Shown piece by piece: positions 47,180 through 57,058 of a stretch of 64,000 nt of DNA (positions are counted from its first letter, which is position 1; each line of letters opens with the position of its first letter). The stretch covers positions 16,293 through 80,292 of the forward strand of contig JAWCQE010000004.1 of NCBI GenBank assembly GCA_038869895.1. The letters run 5' to 3'. The stretch is from Candidatus Pacearchaeota archaeon (GTDB taxonomy: Archaea > Nanobdellota > Nanobdellia > Pacearchaeales > GW2011-AR1). The translations under genes were made by a program, and so were the position numbers. The notes below the pieces were generated by a model that made no database searches, was not told the DNA's origin, and saw only the letters and a list, made by a program, of their open reading frames with translations.

Positions 47180-50100
47180 TTATTCCTCATATTTATTTTT
47201 AAGTTCAAATTTAGTTTTAATATGCATTCCCAAAAGTTCCTCTGCTAAAAGTTTGAAAGCATAAGAAACTTCAACATCTTCAACATCAGTCCCTCCGCAT
47301 AAAGGACAATAGGTTTTTCTTCTTAAATTATCTTTTATTCCGAGAGTTCCACATTTAGAACAAACACTTATTACAACCTTATCAGAATCATATCTTTCTT
47401 TCAAAAGCAATGACGCTCCATGAGCTACAAGCGCCTGTTGTTCCATTTCTCCAAGTCTAAGAGCTCCTCCTCTTGCCCTTCCTTCAATAGGTTGACGTGT
47501 AAGAAGTGCAACTTTTCCAGATGCACGCGCATGCATTTTATTACTTACCATATACTTTAACTTAAGATAATACATATTCCCAATATAAATTTTTGAATCC
47601 ATCCTCTTTCCAGTAATTGGATGATACATTATTTCTTTTCCATCATATCTAAACCCAAGTTCCTTAAGTTGTTTTTCAAAATCTTTTACATCTCTTTTTG
47701 TAAATGACGTGCCATCCATTATCTCTCCTTTAAGACATCCAATTTTTCCTGTTATCAATTCAAGCAGATATCCTACTGTCATTCTTCCAGGAATTCCATG
47801 AGGATTAAAGATAATATCTGGTTTTATTCCACGAGAAGTAAATGGGATATCATTTTCAGGAACAATTGCTCCAATAACTCCTTTTTGTCCATGTGCTGTA
47901 GAAAATTTATCTCCAAGTTCGGGAATTCTTGGATCACGAATTCTCACTTGTACAAGTCTATTCCCATCCTCATCTAAAGTAATAAAAACTGCATCAACAA
48001 TCCCTTTCTCTTCCTGCCTCATAACAGAACTTGATTCTTTTTTTGCCCTAATACTTATATCACGAGCCTCAGAAAGAAATTTCGGTGGAGAAACTTTTCC
48101 TATTATCACTTCCCCTGAATTAATTTGAGCTTCTGGGTAAACAATACCATCCTCTTCAAGATAACGATATGATTCCTCTGTCCTATACCCTGAAACATCT
48201 TTTGTAGGAATTGTAATTTCATCAGCCAATCCCCCAGCATAATTTAATTCAATAGAGGTGTATGGTCTAAAGTAAGTGCTTCTTCCAAAACCCCTATCAA
48301 CACTTGCTTTATTTACAACGAGAGCATCTTCCATATTATATCCATCATAAGTCATTACAGCAACAACAATATTCTGCCCAACAGGATAAACATTAAGAGC
48401 ATCATAAACAAAACTCCTGACTATTGGCTGTTGAGGATAATGAAGAATAGAAACATCTGTATCAACTCTAACAAGATAATTTGCAGCATATAAACCCAAT
48501 CCCTGTTTTTGAGTCTTGCTCCCCCTTATCAATCTTGAAGACTGGTCGTGATTACCAAAACTTACTAAACTTGTTATCGGTCCTAAAAAAGCAACATTAT
48601 CAATTTCCAAATGTGTATGTTCCTTAGTCAAATCATTTTTATCTAAAGCAACAAAAAGATTATCCTCCTCTGAAGCATCAACATATTCAATAATTCCTTC
48701 TTTTATTAAATCATTCCAATTTATATTTCCTCTCTTTAATTTATCTATATGTTCTTCAGTAAATCTCGGTATTCCATTTTCAACAATAATTAAAGGCCTA
48801 AGAACTCTTCCCGTATCCGATAATATTATAATCTCCTGGTACTTTTTGTCAAATCTTATACTCATGTCTACATGAATTTTTCCTTCTCTTCTTCTTTCTC
48901 TAAAAACTGAAATAAAATTGTTGTAATCTTCAACACTACCTATAAAAATACCATTCATAAAAACATCATAGTTTCCATGTTCTTTTGAAAGTCCAAGCTT
49001 TTCAAGTTCTTTGAAAAATACATTTTCATCAATATCTATTCTCGTCGATATTTTCGCCATTAAAGCAAGATTTTTTCTCAGTCCTATTTCAGTTCCTTCT
49101 GGAGTCTCTATTGGACAAAACCTTCCATATTGTGTTGGATGAAGCGTTCTTGCAAGAAAATTAGTTTGTTCGCCCGCCAGAGTTGATGAGACTTTCTGGA
49201 GCTGTGAAAGGATAGACATATAATTTGTTTTATCCATATTTTGAGTAATTCCTTTCTTTTCCCCTATCCAAGCTCCTGTTGCAATCGCAGATTTTATTCT
49301 ATGGGAAAATAAAGTTGATTTCGCAATTGTTTTTATACTAAAAAATTTTTTTCTTTTAAGTGTTTTCTGTATTGAATAGCTTATGTCTCTAACTAAAATA
49401 TTAAGATTAACTCTAAATAAATCACTCAGCAAATCTCCTGAAAGCCTAACTCTCTTATTTGAATAATGGTCTTTATCAACTACGAGCTTTGTATTTTCTT
49501 TAAAGAGAAGAAACTGTTTTATTAGTTTGCATAAATTCACTGCCTTATCAACTCTCTTATCTTTTTTTAGTCCTATATGCGGAAGAAAATATGAATCAAG
49601 TCTTTGTTTTATTCTATCAAGTATTTCCTTCTTTGTTCCCTGAACAGAAGTTTTTTCTGCAATATACATCATTGCTTCATCTTGAGAAGATATTTTCGCA
49701 AATTCATAAATATTTACAATCATTGTATCATTCTCGATTCCAACATATTTTGCAATATCTGCTTCTTTCATTAATCCAAGTGCTTTCATAATTATAATCG
49801 CGGGAATATTCTTAAATCTCGAAAATGAAACTTCAATAATCCCCTCGTTTGATTCAGTGATAGTTATAGGAATCCTATATGCTCCTCTTGATGAAAAAAG
49901 CCTCAAAGTTGGTTTATCTTTAATAATTTCAAAAAAAGGCTGATTTGCTGCAAGATCTTCTGTCATAACCATTATCCTCTCATTACCATTAATAATAAAA
50001 TAACCTCCAGGATCCTGCGGGTCCATATAGTTCTCCTCAAGTTCTTTCTTAGACATATTAAAAAGATTACATACCTTACTTTTTACCATTATTGGAATTC

Positions 50101-50455
50101 TTCCAATTTCCACTTCCTGACTTTCAACTTGTCCTTCCTGCTTTATTGATAATTCAAGAAAAATAGGAGCAGAGTAAGTTAAATTTCTTAATCTTGCTTC
50201 TGCAGGAGTTACCATACTTGTGCTTCCATCAGATTCAATGATATTTGGCTTTCCAATTTTAATCTTGCCAAGTTTTATTTCTATATCATAATTTTCAATA
50301 CTTTCAGAAATCTCATCAACAATTTCCTGCATCCTTTTTTCTATAAAATTATTAAATGAAATTAGATTTGATTCAACAAGAGAATTTTCAGCAAGATATC
50401 TACGAATAATGATATGTTCATCATTTTTCAGATTAAGCTTAAGCCCGTTATACAT
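47180..50455 (-). CDS. rpoB: DNA-directed RNA polymerase subunit B (unsplit)
   Basis: GRFCPIETPEGTEIGL, NMEDA, HGQKGV, MHARASG...LTRQPIEGRARGGALRLGEME, and C-terminal zinc ribbon CSKCG...CPLCG. Confidence 0.95.
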   Translation of the reverse strand: MYNGLKLNLKNDEHIIIRRYLAENSLVESNLISFNNFIEKRMQEIVDEISESIENYDIEIKLGKIKIGKPNIIESDGSTSMVTPAEARLRNLTYSAPIFLELSIKQEGQVESQEVEIGRIPIMVKSKVCNLFNMSKKELEENYMDPQDPGGYFIINGNERIMVMTEDLAANQPFFEIIKDKPTLRLFSSRGAYRIPITITESNEGIIEVSFSRFKNIPAIIIMKALGLMKEADIAKYVGIENDTMIVNIYEFAKISSQDEAMMYIAEKTSVQGTKKEILDRIKQRLDSYFLPHIGLKKDKRVDKAVNLCKLIKQFLLFKENTKLVVDKDHYSNKRVRLSGDLLSDLFRVNLNILVRDISYSIQKTLKRKKFFSIKTIAKSTLFSHRIKSAIATGAWIGEKKGITQNMDKTNYMSILSQLQKVSSTLAGEQTNFLARTLHPTQYGRFCPIETPEGTEIGLRKNLALMAKISTRIDIDENVFFKELEKLGLSKEHGNYDVFMNGIFIGSVEDYNNFISVFRERRREGKIHVDMSIRFDKKYQEIIILSDTGRVLRPLIIVENGIPRFTEEHIDKLKRGNINWNDLIKEGIIEYVDASEEDNLFVALDKNDLTKEHTHLEIDNVAFLGPITSLVSFGNHDQSSRLIRGSKTQKQGLGLYAANYLVRVDTDVSILHYPQQPIVRSFVYDALNVYPVGQNIVVAVMTYDGYNMEDALVVNKASVDRGFGRSTYFRPYTSIELNYAGGLADEITIPTKDVSGYRTEESYRYLEEDGIVYPEAQINSGEVIIGKVSPPKFLSEARDISIRAKKESSSVMRQEEKGIVDAVFITLDEDGNRLVQVRIRDPRIPELGDKFSTAHGQKGVIGAIVPENDIPFTSRGIKPDIIFNPHGIPGRMTVGYLLELITGKIGCLKGEIMDGTSFTKRDVKDFEKQLKELGFRYDGKEIMYHPITGKRMDSKIYIGNMYYLKLKYMVSNKMHARASGKVALLTRQPIEGRARGGALRLGEMEQQALVAHGASLLLKERYDSDKVVISVCSKCGTLGIKDNLRRKTYCPLCGGTDVEDVEVSYAFKLLAEELLGMHIKTKFELKNKYEE

Positions 50456-50456
50456 C

Positions 50457-50663
50457 TTATATTACAACTCTAAAATATTCAAAAGTATTTTCATTATCTT
50501 TCCTCTCAATTTTTATTATATCTCCTATTTCACATTTGTCAGGAAGTGCAGGGTCTTCCTTTTTTATCTTCGGAAGTTGTGTTTTAGAAATATTTAATTT
50601 TAATAATAATTGTTCTTCTTCTTTTTTGCTTAATTTCAAATGTTTTGGCTGAAAGATATGCAT
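50457..50663 (-). CDS. rpoH: DNA-directed RNA polymerase subunit H (Rpo5)
   Basis: HIFQPKHLKLSKKEEEQLL...LPKIKKEDPALP...GDIIKIERK...YFRVV matches the RpoH pattern. A 1-nt spacer separates it from rpoB. Confidence 0.85.
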   Translation of the reverse strand: MHIFQPKHLKLSKKEEEQLLLKLNISKTQLPKIKKEDPALPDKCEIGDIIKIERKDNENTFEYFRVVI

Positions 50664-50807
50664 ATTTAATTAACGGATTAGTTTAATTTTTATTTCCAAA
50701 GGATTTACAACTTTGTGATACTAAATATTATCAAAAGTTTGCTTTTAAATGTTTCTATTCATTACATCAATCTAATTTAGTACTAATGAGTAATATAATT
50801 TATTAAA

Positions 50808-50918
50808 TGGATCCAGGGGGATTTGAACCCCCGACACCTGGCTTTCTTTAAACTCTAAATCAAAAGAGCGTATTTGCTTTAAAAGGCCAGTGCTCTAACC
50901 GGACTGAGCTATGGATCC
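50808..50918 (-). tRNA. tRNA-Lys (TTT) with a 36-nt intron at the canonical 37/38 position (intron about 50844..50879)
   Basis: Reverse complement folds as GGATCCA-TA-GCTC-AGTCCGGTTA-GAGC-A-CTGGC-CTTTTA[36 nt]A-GCCAG-GTGTC-GGGGG-TTCAAAT-CCCCC-TGGATCC-A. It is 75 nt without the intron. Confidence 0.8.
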
Positions 50919-51137
50919 TGAATAATATTTATAAAAGAGAAATTATCTTTTTAAATTCTTTTGCTTTTAAAATTAAATAATGAGAAGATAAGGATATCCC
51001 TTATTATAAATAAACTTTTACCTTACATTAATTTTATCCAATGGAATTATTTTCCTTTTAATTAAATAATTATAATTGTGTGATGAATTACAAAAAACGA
51101 GAGTAAATTAAATATAGTTAATAACACTTTGACTATT

Positions 51138-52130
51138 CTAATCCCATACAAGATTTCCTGCTGTCTGATATTCTGTAACTCTCGTTTCAAAGAAATTCTT
51201 TTCTTTATTCAAATCTACACTCTGGGACATCCAAGGAAATGGATTTCCTTTATTATATTGTTTTTGAAGTCCTATGCTTTCCAAACGGCGATCTGCCATA
51301 TATTCAACATAATCGCAGAAAACAGAAGCATTTATTCCAAGAACTCCAGAAGGACATGCATCACGAGCGTAAATTTTTTCAAGTTCAACAGCCCTTTTAA
51401 TCAAACCTATAATCTCTTCACAAAATTTCTTATCCCATATCTCTGGATTTTCAGATTTTATTGTATTAATCAAATCTCTTCCAAAAGCAAGATGCAAACT
51501 TTCATCCCTCATAATAAATTCAAATTGTTCTCCTATTCCAACCATCTTATGTTGTCTTTTCAAAGCCAACATCATTGCAAAACCAGCATAGAAAAAAATC
51601 CCTTCCATTATAATATAATATCCTATTAAATCATGAATAAATTTCTTTATATTTTCAATCCCATTAGTTTCAAAATGTGGGTCAAATATATTCTTAGTAA
51701 GTTCAACCACAAAATCGTCTTTTTCTTTTATTGAAGGAATTGTCTTATACATATTATAAATTTCATCTGGATCAAGTCCAAGAGTATCACAGCAGTAAAT
51801 AAAAGTATCAGTATGTATTGCCTCCTCAAACGCCTGTCTTAAAAGATATTGCCTACATTCTGGATTTGTCACATGCCTATAAACAGCAAGAATAATATTG
51901 TTTGCTGTAAGAGATTCTGCCGTCGAAAAAAATCCAAGATTCCACAATATCAATTTTCTTTCTTCTTTAGTAAGTTTATTAGACTTCCACATCTCAACAT
52001 CATCCTGCATCGGAATCTCCTCAGGAACCCAATTATTGGCAACTCCATCCTTATAATGTTTCCTTGCCCACAGATACTTTATTGGAAGTATTTTATTGGG
52101 GTCTGTCTTAGGATTATTTATTATTGTCAT
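51138..52130 (-). CDS. nrdB: ribonucleotide reductase class I small subunit with class Ic-like (R2c) signature
   Basis: Metal-site blocks FFSTAESL, EEAIHTDTF, MEGIFFYAGF and RDESLHLAF. Phe sits where class Ia has the radical Tyr (ExxHxxxF), and the first carboxylate is Glu. Confidence 0.9.
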   Translation of the reverse strand: MTIINNPKTDPNKILPIKYLWARKHYKDGVANNWVPEEIPMQDDVEMWKSNKLTKEERKLILWNLGFFSTAESLTANNIILAVYRHVTNPECRQYLLRQAFEEAIHTDTFIYCCDTLGLDPDEIYNMYKTIPSIKEKDDFVVELTKNIFDPHFETNGIENIKKFIHDLIGYYIIMEGIFFYAGFAMMLALKRQHKMVGIGEQFEFIMRDESLHLAFGRDLINTIKSENPEIWDKKFCEEIIGLIKRAVELEKIYARDACPSGVLGINASVFCDYVEYMADRRLESIGLQKQYNKGNPFPWMSQSVDLNKEKNFFETRVTEYQTAGNLVWD

Positions 52131-52182
52131 TTTAATTCATTTTTTAACTTTTTATTTTTCTTCTACTCATTAACTGAATTAA

Positions 52183-55095
52183 CTACTGACAAGCTTCGCA
52201 ATCAGGATCATATAAATTGCAGATTTTTTTAACTTCTGTTGCAGAGCTTTTATCAGTAAGATTAAAATTACCATCTACAGAAAAACTATTCAGATTTCTA
52301 CTATCTATTTTATCCGACGAAATAATATTCTCCATTTTTGGAAGAACTTTGTTGATTGGAATTGGTTGAATTTTTATATCTTCTAAATTACGTTCTGTAA
52401 TTCTAATCTCAGAAGTTATATTTCTCTTAGTACTTGATGTTAAATTCTTTGAACTTATGGTTGTCTTTTCTGCTTGTGAAGCTCCAAGTGTCCTTAAATA
52501 ATAAGTTGTTTTCAATCCATATTTCCATGCAGTTATATAAACCTCATGTAGTAGTTTTCCACTTACTCCCTTAATAAAAACATTATGGCTCTGGGATTGG
52601 TCTATCCACTTACCACGAACTGCTGTTAACTTCAATGCAAAAATAGGATCAATATCGAAAGCTTCTTTATAAAGAATTTTTAGATCGTCCGGAATATTAG
52701 TTATAAAACTAATATTCCCATCACAATATTTAATCTGTTCAAGCATATCATCATTCCATAAATTTCTTTCAATCAAATCTTTCATAAGATATTTATTTAC
52801 AATGGTAAATTCACCACTTATGTTTGCTTTAACGTAAATATTTTTATAAATTGGTTCTATACAAGGATAACATCCAACGATATTTGAAATTGTTGCAGTC
52901 GGTGCAATTGCCATGACATTTGAATTTCTCATTCCATATCTTTTAACGTGTTCTCTAACTAAACTCCAATCAAGAGACTCTGATTTTGAGATTTCCAAAG
53001 GTATCCCTCTTTCATCTTCAAGCAATTTTAGTGTATCTATAGGAAAAATTCCTCTCGACCATTTACTTCCTTCGTAACTCCCATATTTTCCCCTCTCTTT
53101 TGCAAGTTCTGACGATGAAAGGATTGCATAATATGAAATAAACTCCATGCATTTATCATTAAATTCAAGACTTGCCGAAGACTCAAATGGAATTCTTAGC
53201 ATAAACAAGATATCCTGCAAACCCATTATTCCAAGTCCTATTGGTCTATGTTTTAAATTTGAATATTTTGCTTCCTCCGTCGGATAAAAGCATATGTCAA
53301 TTACATTATCAAGCATTCTCACGCCTATTCTTATTGTCTCAGCTAAAAGCTCCTCACTAATACTGCCATCTTTAATATGTCTTGCAAGATTTATGCTTCC
53401 AAGATTACATACAGCTGTCTCTTCAGCACTTGTGTTTAATGTAATTTCAGTGCACAAGTTTGAGCAATGAATAACTCCACAATGGTCTTGAGGAGAACGA
53501 ATATTACATGGATCTTTAAAAGTTATCCACGGATGTCCTGTTTCAAAAAGCATTGAAAGCATCTTCCTCCACAACTTCAACGCCGAGATAGTTTTATACT
53601 TTTTTAATTCTCCATTTTGCGCTTTTTTTTCATATTCAAAGTATTTTTTTTCAAATTCCCTTCCATAAAGATGATGCAATTCTGGGGTTTCATCAGGAGA
53701 GAATAAAGTCCATGGCTCATCATTAAGAACTCTTTTGATAAATAAATCCGGAATCCAATTCGCTATATTCATATCATGTGTTCTTCTTCTTTCATCACCT
53801 GTGTTTTTCCTTAAATCAATAAAATCTTCGATATCTAAATGCCAAGTTTCTAAATAAGCGCAGGTTGCACCTCTTCGCCTTCCGCTCCTATTTATTGCAA
53901 TAGTAACATCATTTGCTATTTTTAAAAAAGGAATAACCCCTTGAGATTCAACTCCACTAGACTTAATCAAAGCTCCTGTACCCCTTATATTTGTCCAGTC
54001 ATTTCCCAACCCCCCGGACCATTTTGAAAGATGTGCATTATCACTAAGACATTTAAAAATATGCTGTAAACTGTCCTCTATAGTTGTCAGAAAACACGAA
54101 CTTAATTGAGGATTTAAAGTTCCAGAATTGAACAGTGTCGGAGTCGAGGAAATAAACCTAAAAGTTGATAATACATTATAAAATTCCACCGCTCTCAAAT
54201 TCTTATCTTTTTCATTTAAAGCTAAACCCATAGCAACCCTCATCCAAAAAGCTTGTGGAGTTTCAAGTCTTCTCCCGTTAATTTTAATAAAATACCTATC
54301 ATATAAAGTTTCTATACCCATGTAATCAAAAAAATTATCTCTATCTATATTAATTTCTTTAGTTAATGCTATAAGGTCAAAATCAAGAAGCCTCTTATCC
54401 AAACAATTATTTTCCACCATAATTTTTAAATTTTTGATAAATGCTGTCCTGTATTTTTCATCTATATTCTCTGAGTTTATTGACTCCTGAATAACTTCTT
54501 TATAAATTTTCTGAAGAAAAAACTGCGCCGCAACTTTGCTATAGGAATAATGCTTTTCAATAAAAGGAATTGTAGAAATAATCAATGCCCTATCAATATC
54601 TTCAGTTGTCATTCCATCAAATAAATTTTTCATAAGTTCTTTAAGGATTAAATCAGCAGATACTTCTTTTTCATAACCATTTATCCCTCTTTCAATAGTC
54701 TTTCTTAATTTATTTATATCCAGAAGTATAATTCTTCCATCTCTTTTTCTAATAGTAAGTTTTCCCAAAAGTGTTTTCTCAATTATTTTTTGTTTCTCTG
54801 CTTCACGAGCTTTCTGCCTTTCAGCTCTATATAAAATATAGTTCTTTGCAATTTCATATAACCCTCTTCTCATAAGATGTTTTTCAACAATATCTTGGAT
54901 ATTTTCAACATTTGGGTAAAATTCAATAAACCTATCATTAATTTCAGCATATATATCTGAAACAATCTCGTTTATAGTATTCTCAGGGATTTCTTTTTCA
55001 CTTGCCCTTATTGCCTTAATAATCGCATTTTTTATTCTTTCAATATCAAAATCAACAACATTTCCATTCCTTTTAATAACCATTAATTCAACCAT
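52183..55095 (-). CDS. nrdA: ribonucleotide reductase class I large subunit with N-terminal ATP-cone region(s)
   Basis: ATP-cone VIKRNGNVVDFDIERIKNAI, plus a second KRDG-type segment TIRKRDGRIILLDINKL. Catalytic CSNLCTEI, SSCFL, and C-terminal Cys pair DPDCEACQ. Confidence 0.95.
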   Translation of the reverse strand: MVELMVIKRNGNVVDFDIERIKNAIIKAIRASEKEIPENTINEIVSDIYAEINDRFIEFYPNVENIQDIVEKHLMRRGLYEIAKNYILYRAERQKAREAEKQKIIEKTLLGKLTIRKRDGRIILLDINKLRKTIERGINGYEKEVSADLILKELMKNLFDGMTTEDIDRALIISTIPFIEKHYSYSKVAAQFFLQKIYKEVIQESINSENIDEKYRTAFIKNLKIMVENNCLDKRLLDFDLIALTKEINIDRDNFFDYMGIETLYDRYFIKINGRRLETPQAFWMRVAMGLALNEKDKNLRAVEFYNVLSTFRFISSTPTLFNSGTLNPQLSSCFLTTIEDSLQHIFKCLSDNAHLSKWSGGLGNDWTNIRGTGALIKSSGVESQGVIPFLKIANDVTIAINRSGRRRGATCAYLETWHLDIEDFIDLRKNTGDERRRTHDMNIANWIPDLFIKRVLNDEPWTLFSPDETPELHHLYGREFEKKYFEYEKKAQNGELKKYKTISALKLWRKMLSMLFETGHPWITFKDPCNIRSPQDHCGVIHCSNLCTEITLNTSAEETAVCNLGSINLARHIKDGSISEELLAETIRIGVRMLDNVIDICFYPTEEAKYSNLKHRPIGLGIMGLQDILFMLRIPFESSASLEFNDKCMEFISYYAILSSSELAKERGKYGSYEGSKWSRGIFPIDTLKLLEDERGIPLEISKSESLDWSLVREHVKRYGMRNSNVMAIAPTATISNIVGCYPCIEPIYKNIYVKANISGEFTIVNKYLMKDLIERNLWNDDMLEQIKYCDGNISFITNIPDDLKILYKEAFDIDPIFALKLTAVRGKWIDQSQSHNVFIKGVSGKLLHEVYITAWKYGLKTTYYLRTLGASQAEKTTISSKNLTSSTKRNITSEIRITERNLEDIKIQPIPINKVLPKMENIISSDKIDSRNLNSFSVDGNFNLTDKSSATEVKKICNLYDPDCEACQ

Positions 55096-55101
55096 GTCAC
55101 A

Positions 55102-55539
55102 TTATTTAACTTCATTTAATATATTTTTAAAATCTGAAACATCATCAAAATCTCTGTAAACTGAAGCAAATCTGATGTATGCAACTTTGTCCATTTTTTT
55201 CAGCTTTTTCATTATAAACTCCCCTATTTTTTTTGTTGGAATTTCCTTATTTTTCTGAAGTACTTTTTCTTCAAGTTCTCTTATAGTTTTATCAACACTC
55301 TCATGTGATATATTTCTTTTTTCACATGCTTTTATTATGCTAAGGAAAGCTTTATCTCTTTCAAATCTTTCCCTCCGCCCATCTTTTTTAATGACATATC
55401 TTTCAATAGGTTCTATTTTTTCATAAGTTGTAAATCTTCTTTTACATTTCAGACACTCGCGCCTTCTTCTTGTTCCATCATAAGTATCTCTCTTGTTAGT
55501 TACCTTAGTTTCATGATGCTGGCAAAAAGTGCACTTCAT
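55102..55539 (-). CDS. nrdR: NrdR-family transcriptional repressor (zinc ribbon + ATP-cone)
   Basis: MKCTFCQHHETKVTNKRD...RRRRECLKCKRRFTTYEKIE, then the ATP-cone VIKKDGRRERFERDK. The internal ATG at 55539 is preferred over the track start at 55593. It lies 6 nt upstream of nrdA. Confidence 0.85.
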   Translation of the reverse strand: MKCTFCQHHETKVTNKRDTYDGTRRRRECLKCKRRFTTYEKIEPIERYVIKKDGRRERFERDKAFLSIIKACEKRNISHESVDKTIRELEEKVLQKNKEIPTKKIGEFIMKKLKKMDKVAYIRFASVYRDFDDVSDFKNILNEVK

Positions 55540-55643
55540 TATTATAGGTAAACATACAACATATTGTATCTCTTCTTTAATTATATCAATCAAATTGTAT
55601 ATTTCCCTAATTTTAGAAATAACAACTATTTAAATATTTCTAA

Positions 55644-56087
55644 CTACTTATCAGTGTTATGTGACTCTTTTTCAAAACATTGAGTTCTATTTTCTTTAAA
55701 CTCCTCTTTACATAATTTCAATTCTTCTTTATATTCCAATCTGCAAAAATTAAGTAAGTTTTTCAGAACTTTCTTGTTTATTTCTGATATTTCTGTAAGA
55801 TTAATTATTGTTGTATTAATTGTACTTATGTTTTCAATGTCAGAATTTTTTCTTAAAAAAATAACATCATCTCGGCACAATTTATATTTATTTTGTGTTT
55901 CTTTGTAACATGAATTTTTTTCCATTGTCGCATTTTTTACACATAAACCATATCTTATATATGAACCAGTTTCATTATTGGAGTTAATTTCATGAGATGG
56001 TTTATGGACTGCCATTACAAGTGAAAAACCCATGAAAAAGACAAAACATAATGCAAAAATTAAAATTATCTTCTCATTTATCATCAA
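55644..56087 (-). CDS. secreted or membrane-anchored Cys-containing hypothetical protein (last gene of the metal operon)
   Basis: N-terminal hydrophobic helix and six Cys in the mature part. No family recognised. Confidence 0.4.
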   Translation of the reverse strand: MMINEKIILIFALCFVFFMGFSLVMAVHKPSHEINSNNETGSYIRYGLCVKNATMEKNSCYKETQNKYKLCRDDVIFLRKNSDIENISTINTTIINLTEISEINKKVLKNLLNFCRLEYKEELKLCKEEFKENRTQCFEKESHNTDK

Positions 56088-56150
56088 AATCCAACATCTA
56101 AATCTTTTAAAAAGATTGCTATAAGTTAAAACATCTTTTGAAATATGTAT

Positions 56151-56603
56151 TTAGTTTTCTTTTTTCAAAATTATAAATCCAATAAGAAGAATTAAAAAAA
56201 TCAATACTTGTATTTCCAAGCCTTCAAATGGCAGAGTAGCAAATGAAAAAGAAATTCCTATTAATCCTAAGATAATAGGAAAAACTCCAGTGATACATAA
56301 AGGACATACGCCCACAATTAAGCCTCCAACAGCCCCTGTGAAATTTAAAGCAATCTCTTTTTTACATTCAACTTTTTTTTTAATTTTAATAAAAATTAAA
56401 ACAGAATTTAATGAAACTAAAATACCAATCAATAACGTCATTACTAATGAAGTCCCAAGTTTTAACCAATTAATGGTATTAGAATATTTAAGTATTAATG
56501 GAATTGTAGAATAAAAACCACTTAATAAAAAATTCAAGACTAAATAAAAGAAAAAAATTCCTGTTACAAAATAAATATAGGGTTTTTTAATAAGAAATTT
56601 CAT
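56151..56603 (-). CDS. polytopic membrane protein with intramembrane CPLC (CxxC) motif
   Basis: GAVGGLIVGVCPLCITGVFPIILG lies within a predicted helix. A 1-nt overlap links it to the upstream cupredoxin gene. Confidence 0.45.
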   Translation of the reverse strand: MKFLIKKPYIYFVTGIFFFYLVLNFLLSGFYSTIPLILKYSNTINWLKLGTSLVMTLLIGILVSLNSVLIFIKIKKKVECKKEIALNFTGAVGGLIVGVCPLCITGVFPIILGLIGISFSFATLPFEGLEIQVLIFLILLIGFIILKKEN

Positions 56604-57058
56604 TATCTAACAATGAGCTTTCCGTAGCCCATACCCATTGAACATGAAAAGGTATATGTACCTTGAGAAAGGGATGGCAATTCTAAAATATCTGATGAAG
56701 TTTGCAAAATTTTTGAATATTTTTTTCCATTAATATCAAAAACAACTGCCCTCAAACATCCTTTAACAGAATTATCTGCAGTAATAGAAATAGGCTTTCC
56801 AGGTTCTGCATAAACATCTTTATAATTAAGTCCTTCCTGGCTTAAAACAACTTTTTGCATCTCGCCATTCAAAATTTCTTCTTCTCTAACAATTTCTCCC
56901 GCTGAAACTACTTTTTTTTCACTTAAAAAAACAAATCCCCCAATTAAAAAAACGAGTGCAAAAATAAAAAGAATAATTGTTGTATTCTTCATACTTTTCA
57001 TAATAATATTAAGTTTATATTTTTTTTCTTTATCCAAAAATTTCACTTCTTGGACCAT
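56603..57058 (-). CDS. membrane-anchored cupredoxin_1-like copper-binding domain protein
   Basis: TM anchor, then GKPISITADNSVKGCLRAVVF...GTYTFSCSMGMGYGKLIV (C...CxMxM pattern). The true start is probably the internal Met near 57001. Confidence 0.6.
   Translation of the reverse strand: MVQEVKFLDKEKKYKLNIIMKSMKNTTIILFIFALVFLIGGFVFLSEKKVVSAGEIVREEEILNGEMQKVVLSQEGLNYKDVYAEPGKPISITADNSVKGCLRAVVFDINGKKYSKILQTSSDILELPSLSQGTYTFSCSMGMGYGKLIVR

Noticed and set aside
51129-52232. ORFs 51129..51629 and 51849..52232 on the plus strand.
   Set aside because: They are antisense to nrdB, which carries unambiguous R2 metal-site motifs.
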